Positions 12,888 to 25,989 of a DNA stretch of 64,000 nucleotides are shown here, one piece after another. Position 1 is the first letter of the stretch, and each line of letters begins with the position of its first letter. A program made the position numbers and the translations under genes. Below the pieces are notes generated by a model. The model was not told the DNA's origin, made no database searches, and worked only from the letters and a program-made list of their open reading frames with translations. Source of the stretch: Octopus sinensis (Eukaryota); contig NW_021836144.1 in assembly GCF_006345805.1 (NCBI RefSeq), positions 62,001-126,000 of the forward strand, in the 5' to 3' direction.

Positions 12888-13300
12888 GGCGCAGAAGTGG
12901 CTGTGTGGTAAGTAGCTTGTTTACCAACCACATGGTTCCGGGTTCAGTCCCACTGCGTGGCACCTTGGGCAAGTGTCTTCTACTATAACCTCGGGCTGAC
13001 CAAAGCCTTGTGAGTGAATTTGGTAGACGGAAAATGAAAGAAGCCCATCGTATATATGTATATATATATATATATATGCGTGTGTGTGTTTGTGTGTCTG
13101 TGTTTGTCCCCCTAGCATTGCTTGACAACCAATGCTGGTGTGTTTATATCCCCGTTACTTAGCAGTTCGGCAAAAGAGACCGATAGAATAAGTACTGGGC
13201 TTAGAAAAGAATAAGTCCCGGGGTCGAGTTGCTCGATTAAAGGCGGTGCTCCAGCATGGCCGCAGTCAAATGACTGAAACAAGTAATAGAGTAAAAGAGA
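12888..13300 (+). mobile_element. tRNA-derived SINE family 1, full length (octopus OK/OR-type; exact family not assigned)
   Basis: A-box tggctgtgtgg, B-box gggttcagtcc, CORE-like accttgggcaagtgtctt, internal (TA)(TG) tract, 3' module ending gactgaaacaagtaa(aagag)n; nearly collinear with 50097-50507. Confidence 0.9.
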
Positions 13301-14001
13301 GTTAAAATATAAAGCATCTACTTTTTACACTGACATGATTTGATGAACATTTTTGAATTCATATGTGAAAAGACAAGAGAAATTGTACATTCCATAGATA
13401 CGCTGTATCATATGAGATAAAGTATTTCTTTTCAAGACAAACTAAAGTAATTGATACTAATGTAACACTTTTGAAGACATTTGCATACATGGTATTCAAG
13501 CATGTGATCTTTTCACCCACAATGCTTTAACTTTTCCAGACAAGAAGCAATATTAAATATTTTAATATTGCTATTTTATAGCAGAAGGAAGTTTCTTATT
13601 TGATAAATGTTTAACTTGCACCACTGAGAAATAGCTAAGGTCAAAGTTAGTGCAATAAATTAAGATCCTAATAAATAGAACATAATAAAAACTTATGTAA
13701 AAAATTTTTTGATCAGAGTCATGTTTGAAAATAACATTTTAAAGTGAAATAATTTGATTGTCCAGTATATATTTCATTGTTCTGAGATCATTTGTCAGTA
13801 ATTAATAAGCTATTTAATTGAATGCTACAAATGGCTGATTGCTGTCATCATCATCATTTTACATCCGTTTTTCCATTTTAGTACAGAATGGACTGGTCTT
13901 CTTCAGTGCAGCATCACACTATTTGCCAACTTTCTTTGTCTCTCTCACTTCATAAAGTCAGCATCCTGAAATCAGTCTTTGCTGCTTCTTTCTATGTCCT
14001 T

Positions 14002-14229
14002 GGCGAGCTGGCAGAAGCTTTAGCACGCCGGGCGAAATGCGTAGCCGTATTTCGTCTGCCGCTACGTTGAGAGTTCAAATTCCGCCGAGGTCGACTTTGC
14101 ATTTCATCCTTTCGGGGTCGATAAATTAAGTACCAGTTACTCACTGGGGTAGATATAATCGACTTTATCCCTTTGTCTGTCCTTGTTTGTCCCCTCTATG
14201 TTTAGCCCCTTGTGGGCAATAAAGAAATA
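14002..14229 (+). mobile_element. tRNA-derived SINE family 2 (Deu/Nin-like central domain)
   Basis: A-box tggcagaagc, B-box gagttcaaattcc, tttcatcctttcggggtcgataaattaagtacc domain; exact 15-bp TSD tctttctatgtcctt (13987-14001 / 14230-14244). Confidence 0.92.
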
Positions 14230-14771
14230 TCTTTCTATGTCCTTCTTGGTCTAACTCTTTCAGAGGTTCCTTTCACTTAGCACTGTTTGGTATTTCTAAA
14301 CTCAGTTATTACCCTCCACACAAATAAGGCTTTTTATAGTCATCAGTCATCATTTAACACCAGCTTTTCAGCACATGCTAAGTAACACACATGCTGTATT
14401 AGTAGAAGATCTTGTTTCAACAATTTAAAGCAAACAGAAAACATAATACAAGAACTAAGGTCTCCTTACATCAGCTAAAGTATATGTACTTACAAAGCAC
14501 AAAGAAATAAAACTATAGCACTTAATTAACTAAAAGGCCTTTAAGGTGTTACTCACATGCTAGAAATAGCAACCAAATCTACTTCAAATCGCACTTTACA
14601 ATCATAAACAGAGGTAGGATACATGGAATTTACTACTCTTAGATATATCATGCCTGAGAGAAAAAAAATGAGATGGTCATAACTGGAACACCTACAATCA
14701 CTGATCAGTGCAATCAAGGTATATTTGGGGCTAAAGAACAGCAAAAATTATAGTACTTAATGATATGAATA

Positions 14772-14806
<35 letters not shown>

Positions 14807-16133
14807 CAGAGAGAAAGAGAGAGAGAGATAGGGAGGATGTTCTGAACAGTGCCTGAGTAAATATGAAATTCTTCTTCCAGTACTTAAACTAAGTTTATCA
14901 ATATCCAAATTACCATTTGAAATATAGGGCCACAACTGGACACATTTTTTTACATGAACATATACAAACAAAGGCACTGAGAGTTTAATATTTTACCTTT
15001 GAAATGACTGTTCTTTGTTGATAGTAACTACATACATATATATATATATGTCTTTATACTCTAAAATATATGTATTATGGCATCTAAGTGAAAAATTATA
15101 AGGGTCTCAAAAGCTAAGTGTATTCATCATGAGTGTATGCATGTTGTCATAAACATTTTCACTTTTTATAAACTTAATCTATCATTTAAACATACCCATA
15201 AACATGAATCTCTTTAAATATTGTGGAAACAAAGAAAATAAGAAACAACAATATATTGAAGACAATAAACTGAATCTAAAATATGTGCAACAGGTTATAC
15301 AATATTAATGCAAAAAGTCTACAATCCTGATATTATCAGAAGTTGTGATAAAATATTGAAGTATAATTCTTCAATTTTCTGAATACATCTGGTCCAATGA
15401 GATAATTAATATATTAGTAAAGTTATAATAAAGATACAAATTTAAATTCTTATCTAAAAATTATGATCTTACTTGACAGGAGTATTAATTCTAAAATATT
15501 AAATAGTTCAGAAAATGGATTCAATTGAATTTGAGTCAGCACCTCCATCTCTCTCTCTCTCTGTCTCTCAAGAAGTATCTACTGGGCTTAGCTGAATACA
15601 GCAGGAAAGATATTAAACTCAGTCCGGTGATGAATCTCAAAATTAACAGTTCAGTAGTTTGGAGGAGCATGGAGTTAATACTTGGTCAATACTACTTCCA
15701 TATCTATTCTGGTATGGTAGTACCTATCAAGGGCCCCAGTTATGAATCTAATAGCAAAGGACGGCCCTGTGAATAAGGCATATAGGGCTTGTAGGAGGGT
15801 TGGGCCCCTAGACATGTGTCAAACAGGCCTACCAATATGTGGACATACTCTGATGTCATAAACTAGTTCTCTGTTAAAGAGTTAACAGAGATTGTGTCTC
15901 AAAGATAAGCTTGAAATACTAACAGAACTGTATATAAAATGACAGAGGCACCAGGAAGTCACTGATGCATCTTTCCCAAGAAAAATAATGGGTCTTCAGA
16001 CTATGGCATTGAGATCCATCATCACCAGTGTCAGCAATCACGGTATAAACCTAAAAAGTGTCTGAGAAGAGAAAATAAAGCATTTCTACATCATAATTAT
16101 TGTATTAACCATTGAGCCCATTTCTCTAAATTT

Positions 16134-16467
16134 CTCGTCTGGCACCTGTGTCGGTGGCACATAAAAACACCATCCGAGCGTGGCCGTCTGCCAGCCTCGT
16201 CTGGCACCTGTGTCGGTGGCACATAAAAACACCATCCGAGCGTGGCCGTTCGCCAGCCTCGTCTGGCACCTGTGTCGGTGGCACATAAAATCACCCACTA
16301 CACTCTCGGAGTAGTTGGCATTAGGAAGGGCATCCAGCTGTAGAAACACTGCCAGATCTGACTGGCCTGGTACAGCCTTCGGGCTCCCCAGACCCCAGTT
16401 GAACCGTCCAACCCATGCTAGCATGGAAAGCGGACGTTAAACGATGATGATGATGATGATGATGATG
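16134..16467 (+). mobile_element. RTE-tailed non-autonomous element (family 4) with 2.5 copies of a 62-bp tandem unit
   Basis: Units 16134-16195, 16196-16257 and partial 16258-16290, then cacccactacactc…ggaagggcatccagctgtagaaac…catggaaagcggacgttaaac and (GAT)n tail. Confidence 0.85.
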
Positions 16468-17784
16468 AAACATATCTATTCTGAATATATTTCAGCAGAT
16501 TTTATTGTGAGTATGGTAATTGCTACTGTATTTCATGATTGTGGAACAACTTTTTCAAGATGAATGTGTTGATAACACACTCAATTCAGTGTAGTAAAGA
16601 GATTTAAAGACACTGGTGTCGCAGCCTTACTGCATGACCTCTAAGCTAAAGCCATTTCCAATATAAAAGAAATAATAGTCTTTATTCTGTTCTTGTTTTA
16701 TATAGGATAGGTTTGTAACATTATAGAAGGTTAAGTATATGGAATCAAATGATATAAAGTATTTTGTTCAGTAACAAGATATTGATAACACTCAGATACC
16801 CAATGCTTCTAAGGATATACATCATACCTTAGTGGTTTAGTAGAAGGTACTGATAGCATAAATGCCAAATTCTTAAAATAATAAATCCTGGGGTCAATTT
16901 GTTTGACTTCCCTTCAGGGCAGTGCTCAAGCATGGCCATAGTCTATTGACTGAAATTCATAAAAGGTAAATGAACTTAGTAATCATCAACATGATTTTAT
17001 ATATATGTATGTACATATATATGATATGTGACAATTTATATTTACAGATAAATTCCTCTATTTACATAATATCGAAGTCTCTTTTATTCTTTTGTTGTCT
17101 TGCCATTTTTTTCAGTATATATATATATTACGGAGATGTACTTGCATAGCAAGTGACTTGATCTGAGATCGTGTGCTGGAACGAAAACAATTGCAGTGTG
17201 GAAGGTGTTTATAAGCCATTTAAGAAACACAAAAAAACCGTTAGTTTCACTTCAACATTTAAATTTAAGTTGTCAAAATATTTTCGTTGCTTTGAGACTG
17301 CGACCTGCTCACTGACAAAACTTTGTGCAGCATCTATGTCTATATCTATCTATCGATCTATCTGTCTATATATATGTTCTTCTATGACTAGGTATTTGTT
17401 AGCTGTCCTAGTTTAAAATTTTGTTACATGGATACATTTATATTCAATATAGATGGATTAATGGGTCAGTAACAGGTAACATATGAAATCCAACAAACAA
17501 AATCAGATATACATTGGATAATTCAGTACAGTGAAACATGAGTAAAACATTTTTAGTTCTGCTATGAAGTGAAAGGAGTGAAACTCTGTGGGATTTGTAA
17601 ATACTTTGAAAATTCTTTTACCTTCCATTATGTGGTGAAAAAGATGTCAAATAGAAAGAGATAAAGAGAAATACAAAAGCAGACAAATTCTCTTGCTAAA
17701 TTTTGGAAACAGATTTCTCAATCAGATCTTGTATATTCAAGGTTTTGTCAATAGCGAAGTAGACTATTAAACTATATTCATTTA

Positions 17785-18015
17785 GGCGGCGAGCTGGTAG
17801 AATCGTTAGCACGCCGGGCGAAATTCGTAGCAGTATTTCGTCTGTCGTTACGTTCCGAGTTCAAATTCCGCCGAGGTCAACTTTGCCTTTCATCCTTTCG
17901 GGGTCAATAAATTAAGTACCAGTTACGCACTGGGATCGATGTAATTGACTTAATCCCTTTGTCTGTCCTTGTTTGTCCCCTCTATGTTTAGCCCGTTGTG
18001 GGTAGTAAAGAAATA
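17785..18015 (+). mobile_element. SINE family 2, full length
   Basis: ggcggcgagctgg…gtagtaaagaaata; 11-bp TSD tatattcattt (17773-17783 / 18016-18026). Confidence 0.92.
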
Positions 18016-21000
18016 TATATTCATTTTGAATATAACTTCAGAGGGTGTAAAAATGTTTGTCTCAGACAAACAACTATCAACTATAATTTTGTATTTTCAT
18101 CAATGCATGATTTTATATACATACACACACAACTGATATTAGATTTCTTTTGAATATAAAAAGACAGTACAAAGGAAATATATAAAAGAAAGAAAAAGAC
18201 ATCTACTAAAAATTGCAGACATTATTTCATTCACTCTTTATTTTCTTTCACATACTTCCTTTTGTCTAATTTTAATTCTATTAAATACTCTCCTCCGTTA
18301 TAATGCAACAGTCATCTTAAGGCTGGAAATGCTACTATCACTATCAACGTCATTAAAATTTTTGTATAAATACTTTGTAAAGAATTACATTTTATTTGAA
18401 AACCTTAGCAAGTCTTTCACTTGCTCACTTTATTATGATTGAAATGTGGCTAAGTATCAGTAGTTAGAAATGCTGATTTCTTTTTATGACCAAACTTTGA
18501 AGCTAATTGATGTAAAACTTGGAGTCTTATGTCAATGAATTAATACTAACAGTACATTTTTGCAGACTAATAGGGCTATCTCACTAGGAGCTGAAATCAA
18601 AATCATTATAATTTGTCAAACCAATATTTAATACAGGAGAATTGTCTAGTTGCTATTAAGTTTATTATTTTTTTTTCCTAAATATTCAATAAATTTGAAA
18701 TTAATTTAGAAAGTAAATTATATAAAATTTTCTAAATAATGGAACAAAGGAATTGAGTAAAAAATATTTCTAAGTGAACAGCAATGTACTTTTAATAGAG
18801 GGGTATGTTCATAACTGATTAACACAACATGAATATATAATAGATGGCAGAGAAATGAATAATCATGTCCAAGCTGGTAAGATTTGTATTTAGAAGTACC
18901 ATGTACTAAAACAGATATTAATACTGTATGTGAATACAATAAAAATAAATTAACTACCTAAATGAGAAATAACAAAAATTATTACAATTGAAATCAAAGT
19001 TTTAACATGATTCATAGACAATAAAATACATATGCAACAGAAAGAAAACAAACATAATACTCTTGTTACTTTTATCAATATAAACATATGTATCTGCATT
19101 CACAATCTATCCAATTAGTGACAATGGAATAGTTTAGCTACGTGATATATAGGAGAAAATGCTGTTTAGAGCCTGATTGTGTGGGTCTGAATACATCTGT
19201 AACATTCAACTAGTTGCATATGAATCAATGAAAACACTTATTCAGCATGCTAAAATTAACAGTTAAATTCCTATGACATCCCACTCTACCGTCTTAAAAA
19301 GACCCCTCCCCCCCCAAAAAAAAAACCCCAAAGGATATATTGGATAATGCCATCTGAGATAAATTATGTCTGAAAAGACAACAGTCACCACTAGAATAGC
19401 ATAGATTATAGGTCTGTTCAGCCAGGGATGACCTTAGTCTATAGAACAGTAATAACAATTAAGTTGTATCTGGTAAAAGTTAAAATGAAGAATGGCTTCT
19501 ATTTAAGATAGTGTTTCCAGCAGTCTGGTAAATCTTCTCTATGAAAACCGTCATTGCCAACTATGTGTAACTTTCACATTGATTCGATAAAAAGAATGCA
19601 TACACCTCTGCAATTCACATGAGTTAATAGAGACTTGTGGTTCTATGTAACCAGAGTGGAAAGATCAATACCATTAGTTCTCTCATACACAGTAAGTCTC
19701 TTATCTCACTTGCGTAATGGAATTAAATATGATATACCCAAAGTTTACACTTGTCCCATTTCTTTTCTGACCCAACAAAACCTGCATCAATGCACATACA
19801 AATATGAATTCATGACTCACTTGAAACAGCAGCCAAATTGATAATGTATCTTATATTTTAACCATATCAAAAATGATACAACTTTATCTCTAATTATTTA
19901 CATACTTTCTCCCTCAAGAACAACTTGGCAAAAGAATGTTAGTAAAGTATACCTGTCAACTGCTGGTTTCTGCAGTTTTGTGTATTAACAGGGACACTGT
20001 AGAAGTGTAGAAGTCAGTGTGAAAACTTTTATAGAACAAATGTCATTCGCAAAACATTTCTAAAGAAAATTTTAGACTTCTCTACACACCGATATATATC
20101 TATATGTAAAATATGTAATACTCCCCAAGATGTTTTAGACAGAATACTAGGGAACTCCATGCATATTTCATATTATTAGTTGCCTGAGTATTGCAAATAA
20201 GAAACTTTGAGAAGCAACATATACAGGCTCAAATTGGAATAAATAATTTGTCTCATAGCTATCACTAAAAATCAAGTACAGCTTGGTGGTAGATACTTTT
20301 TCTCCAAATATACTGAAATTTCATCATTGATATTTCTCTCTTTTTGGGTGGGACTGTGCAGCAACAGTGCTAGTACAAACATGACTGCAAATACCACAGA
20401 ATATTGATGAAAGACTTTGTGTAGTGGACCTTGCTTTAGCTTTTGTTTTTACTTCCTGTTCTTTCATTCAATTCAACTTGGTAAATTTTATTCCTTTCTC
20501 TATTGCCTTCTGCCATTGTTTATAATTAATTGCTGTCTTCTCGTTTCAGTAATTATCAGGCCATCCATTTCATTGAGATGTGGCTTAATGACACCTTATA
20601 ATGAAATTTCATGTGTTCTCTTTCATGACTTCCACATTTCAGCTTGCTTTAGAATGTGGTCTTTGAAACCTTAGTATCCTAAATATGCATCATTTGTCCC
20701 AACCTAGCACAGCTGATATTCTGTCAGATTAGATTTAACTCAAGAAAACTTGGTTCACTTTTTCCAATCACCTTCTACACTAACCACTCTGTTAATCATA
20801 TTGCCTTGGATAGAGATAACATAATAGTGTATTGCAGGGGACAATTCATCCTCACTTATGGTGCATTGCCAAAGTGCTCCTAATTCTCTTTGTCAAGTGA
20901 CTATGAAATGAACAGACAAGAAGGGATTGAGTTGACACTTCAGTTCTGATGTGTTGAGGACATGACAACCTTTTTTGTGTTGGTGCTATAATAAAGGGCA

Positions 21001-21419
21001 CCCAGCATACTGTAATGCAGTTGATGTTAGGAAGGGCACTCAGCCATGGAAAACCATTCCACAATAAACATAGGAGAACGTTTTTCCAGTATATTGTATA
21101 CTGTTACAACCCAAACTACATATACCAGCATAAATAAAAAAACAGGTGTAGCATGATGATAATGACGATGATGATGTTTTAAATACAGATGTGCATGTAT
21201 ACATGTATGTGACCACACACACATGTAGATGTATACTTGGTATGTATGCATACATCCACCCTGATACACATATGTATTTAGAAATATGTATGTGTGCATG
21301 CATGTACTGTGTTGTAGGACACAGTTTTGCACATAACTAGTTAGAATTTTGTGTAAGGGCCCATCTTTTGGGTAATTATTATAAACCTGGGCAACATCAG
21401 GTACTGCTTCTTGTGTGCA

Positions 21420-21620
21420 TACGTGTGTGTGTGTGCATACATGGCATTTGTTCCCCCTATTGCTTAATGTTTCTATAGCCTAACAGTGTGGGAAAAAAAA
21501 CCAATAAAATAAGTACCAGACTTTAAGAAATTAAGTACTGGGGTCAATTTGATTGGCTAAACTCTTCAAGGTAGTGTCTCAGCATGGCTGCAGTTCAATG
21601 ACTGAAACAAGTAAAAGTGT
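21420..21620 (+). mobile_element. Diverged 3' half of SINE family 1 (a similar fragment lies at ~16840-16965)
   Basis: ataagtacc…ctggggtcaatttg…cagcatggctgcagttcaatgactgaaacaagtaaaag matches the family 1 tail. Confidence 0.7.
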
Positions 21621-22280
21621 AAAAATAGTAAAAATGTAAATGTATGGATTTATGTGTGTATGTATATACATACCATATGTTTGTTTAATTAAATTTCTAA
21701 ACTAAATATTTTAGTCAAAATATAAATCATATTATGGATTTGAAACTGAATCTCCATAACAGTCGATATACATCAGAGTTGATGAAGAAAACAATGCGAA
21801 ATTGGGAAGGATGTATGCAGCATCATCTCTCAGTATTAGTTAATGTAGAAAATAAACTGTAACAATCTAATAACATTATTGACATTGGTATTTACCTTCG
21901 AAAAAGAAAACAAATTTTCATCAGAATGTTTGTAGTGGCAACATCACAATCATTCTCGTTATTACCTTGATCATGTTTATTTGCAGCCGCTAACATAACA
22001 ACATTACCAACAATAAGCAAGTCTGACAAAATGATATGATTGGAAAATCAATGTATGTTTGTCTGAAATCTCTGAGACTCAATACATCTTGTAGTATTCA
22101 CTTAAATGACAAGGTACACTCTTGTTAGTGGTTTTATTACTCACAATTTTGCCTTTCCAAGCTGCACCCCAATGTTGCACAAATTTCTCCCACTACAACT
22201 AATACTTGCTTGTTTGTCTATCTATATTTCTCTTATCTTTCTAATATATTTACTCACATCATCCTTTTTCCTCCCTTCAG

Positions 22281-22339
22281 CAAAGCAAGAGAAACCTCTT
22301 GTTTCAGAGAATCACGTTATTGTCGGTGTTATCAATATG
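22281..22339 (+). CDS. Candidate plus-strand exon, 59 bp, all three frames open; may be spurious
   Basis: Strong acceptor cctttttcctcccttcAG and donor atg|GTAAGA. Confidence 0.2.
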
Positions 22340-23186
22340 GTAAGATGTTAGGCCTTAAAGCAAAGAGTTTGCATCTATTTTTGGTGATATTGTTTGCATT
22401 CCTGCCGAAGACTTGACAAATCGTGTTGAAAACAGACTGTGAATGTTATTTGCAGAAAAGAAATTTAGTGTAACTAGACAGTCTTAAAACCACACAGTGC
22501 TTTGCATCAACATGAGGTCAAATAATTCCACTTACATTTTGGCTTTCTTACATTTTTTCTTCCTTTTTTTTTAATTTATAAAAATCTTTAATACAAAATT
22601 TATTTGCAATGAAATAAGTTACTTTTTACAGTTTTTAGTATGGATTTTATTTGCAATGAAAAGAGTTACTTTTTCAAGAAAAATAATTGTTAATGTAAAA
22701 AAAAAAAGTATTTGTAGAATATCTATTTGTTTTTGAATATTTATGAATGAGAACTTTTTGTAGGAGTAAAGCAGTGTTTTTAGCAGAAATTCATCATTTT
22801 CATGGAATATTGCTAGTGTAGGTGAATTGGTTTCTTATTAGAATTATAACAGTTTTAGTTTACATCTATTTTAACATAATAAATTCACATACATGTTTGT
22901 GCTTAGTATGAATTTTCATTTGGTTGGAGGATAACCAATGGCAGACATATCATGAAGGTTCTACAAGACTGTGAAAGTTGATGATACCAGTGTGGTTGTT
23001 ATTCTAGGTGTATTAATGCTTCATATATGCAGTGAAGTGATACCCCACACACAGCAGTGACTACTTCATTTGAGAAGCTCTACATGATTTTTATATGGCT
23101 TCACAAATTTCTTTTCATCATTTCATCACAGACTAGGTTATGTTCCTTAAAATAAGTGTTACCATGTGCTATTAAGTTCTAGATAT

Positions 23187-23400
23187 CATCATCATCATTG
23201 TTCGACCGTGGTCGAGACAATGGAATTTACCATGCTACGCCAAACTTCATGATCCATCATGGCATTACGGAGGTCCTGTTGCCGGATGCCTGTATCCCTG
23301 GAGAACGTGATCAGAAACAGGACCCGGCAAAGCAGGGGATGGACCTATATCTGCAGGTATACCATTAGGTCTGGTTCCCCGGGGAAGAGGAACCCTGGTG
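23187..23400 (-). mobile_element. RTE LINE 3' terminal fragment with (GAT)n tail
   Basis: Minus strand encodes SRDTGIRQQDLRNAMMDHEVWRSMVNSIVSTTVEQ* followed by gatgatgatg; CpG-rich relative to flanks, suggesting a young insertion. Confidence 0.75.
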
Positions 23401-23879
23401 CAGTTAATTGTAAATTCCATAGTCTTTTAAAATGGCTAGATATAACTCAGTAGACAGATGTAGTTCATTAGTTCCATTACAAAACTGTTTTTTAAAAGTG
23501 TCATTCTGATAGTGTTATTATTTTTAAGAATTGGATTGGTCCATAGAAAATGGTGCACACATGATTTTCACAACCTCTCTGAATGAGTGTGCCAGGTAAG
23601 AAAAAAACGTGTTTCAGTTTCTGGGGAGTAGGCTTGGATTTAGTAGAGTAGAACACAATATGAATGAAGAGAGGAGAGATGAGTTATAGAGGTGTGTCTA
23701 AGTGATGATGGCATTAGTGCTGACAGTTGCAGGATGCAGAAACCACTACAGAAGCAATAGGAAAGGCAGAGAGGTGACAGCACATCTTCATTATAGTGAA
23801 GTGTTATGACACCATCTCAGCTGCTACTTTCAATCAATGCCCAGAATAAACAATAACTTTGCTGCACAAGAACAATTAA

Positions 23880-24090
23880 CCTTTTAACATCTAAACAAGG
23901 TATATGTGGCCCAAATACTCTAGCTGCTTTATGTTCAACCTGGCCAGATCCTTGTTTCTGACACCTACCTTACAATGTCATTCTAAAAGTAAACAATCAT
24001 ACCATCAAAATCTCAAAGCTATGAGATAATGCATGTTAAATTGAAAATAATGTGAATAAATAAGCATTATATTTGAAATGTTAGATGCTC
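23880..24090. mobile_element. piggyBac-like MITE, diverged, opposite orientation to the 58582 copy
   Basis: Starts TTAA|ccttttaacatct…; reverse complement aligns to 58582-59004 (gcattatctcatagctttgagatt, gcttatttattcaca). Confidence 0.65.
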
Positions 24091-24275
24091 AATACAGATC
24101 TTTATGTAGAAGTGTGCATTACTGCGATTTTTAGGTTATACATATCTAAATATCAGTTAACTACATAAAACTAGAATATTTAATTTTAAAAATGTCTTAT
24201 TGTGAAAACAGACCGTGTACAGCCACATATATGCATGAACATAGATATATAGATATAGATTCAAGTGCTATTTGA

Positions 24276-24280
<5 letters not shown>

Positions 24281-24328
<48 letters not shown>
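24281..24328. repeat. (TA)24 microsatellite
   Basis: Direct reading; other long (TA)n runs at ~7845-7873, 48180-48217, 57290-57326 and 63477-63506. Confidence 0.97.
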
Positions 24329-24330
<2 letters not shown>

Positions 24331-25989
24331 ATGGAACATCTTCAAAACAAGAAACCACTATCTAAGCATTATCTAACCTTAATAAGATTACGCACGAAGC
24401 AAAACAACCAATGTAAGTAATCTCCATAAACTATGAATCCATCAACAAACATAACAAATATTCTCATCATCAGCTACCAAATGGATATCACTATGGTTTT
24501 GACACCTGAGCAGTACCATTCAATCTGGTGATTCAATAGTGTTAAAAGCTGCTTAGGAATCAATAGTAACCAGCAGGCGTGAAACATCAGCAGAGTATGT
24601 CCATTACTCTAACACCTGCTTGTTATTACGTGAAACAACATCAAAGTAAACTGTATTAATACATAGTTACAAAACAGTATGTATACAACAAAATACCCCA
24701 AAAGAGGAAGCTGTGATCCAAAAAATTATAATATAATATACACATACATACATATTATACACACACACACGTTTATATATAATGTGTGTAATTGGGTTAA
24801 TTTGAAGCTTCCATTTTGTTTTACTCAGCTTTTATAATATATTGTTGTTGCTGTTTAATCCCAAGTTGTCCCTGAATACTATAGGCCACTGATATATCAT
24901 TGTAAATTAATCAGAACAGGTGATCAAAACTGTATAAATGCAACTTAAAAGCAAAGTCAGTTGAACATTTTCAACTTTTTCCTGAAGAAATTTTTTGTCA
25001 AGATGAGTAAGAAAATGGCCACAAGCTATACGTGCTAATAGGACAACATCATATTTGAAAAAGATGAAGACAGAGCCGGGGACTTTTTCTAATGAAAGTT
25101 GTGTAGCTTCCAACAAAGTTTAACTTCCAACTCTACAATCACAGGCTATATATTCAACTTTGCAACAGGAAATCAATGCTCAAGAATTAACATCTTGTAA
25201 ATATGTATGAAAATATCTTTGTGTCATCAGCTCACCTATAGTCATTCTACTTGGGCACATGAAAGTAACATGACATAAACTAAAATTCAACAGCAACAGA
25301 TAAAAATCTACATTCACAATGTAAACCAACAATCATTGCATTATATCAACAAGTTTTATTCAAATTATGCAATAATTATATTTTCATGGGTTTTTATACT
25401 GGACTAACTACATTTCATTAAGATCATTTAGTTTCTAATAGAGAGAGAGAGAGAGAAGAAAGGAACAAAATATAAAAAGAATTGTGCAAACTTAAATTTT
25501 TAATATTGTCATTATAAATTATTCTTCAGCATTGTACTGTGGATTACCTGAACTCCTTTAAGCACCTTACCTAACTCAATGATGTGATCTAACTCATGAA
25601 AACATGGTTAGAGTTAGAAAGTGCATTTATCTGTAAAACAGTGCCTCCAGATTCATAAACATTTTACACAATTATGAAGCTGATGCTAACATGAGAAAGA
25701 GTTGAAAATTAAACAAAGTTATAGCATTTTGCAAATGTAGTAAATTAAATATTTCTTCATTGATTTTAACAAAGTGTATAGTTATAGAATTTCAGTTACT
25801 CAGCAGAATTTATATGTTACGTTTAACATCAATATAATTTTGATTATATTGAATTCTGTGAGGATAATTTTGCTAGATTACTTTCGTTTTGATATATATT
25901 TTACATTGATTTCTTCGGGCATCCTCATATAAGAGGAGTATTTATTAATAATTTAATGAGAAATGTAATTTTAAAATATAAAAGGCAAT

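Noticed and set aside
15861-15891. 10-bp stem hairpin tctctgttaa-agag-ttaacagaga
   Set aside because: Short and AT-rich; expected by chance at this scale.
16134-16290. 62-bp repeats as a CRISPR array
   Set aside because: Units are contiguous with no unique spacers, no cas genes are present, and the context is a eukaryotic retro-element.
20250-20690. Purine-rich minus-strand stretch resembling a decayed RT/zinc-knuckle region
   Set aside because: Many stops and only vague motif similarity; cannot be supported without a profile search.
24907-25116. 69-aa minus ORF as an exon
   Set aside because: No credible donor before the stop and no recognisable domain.
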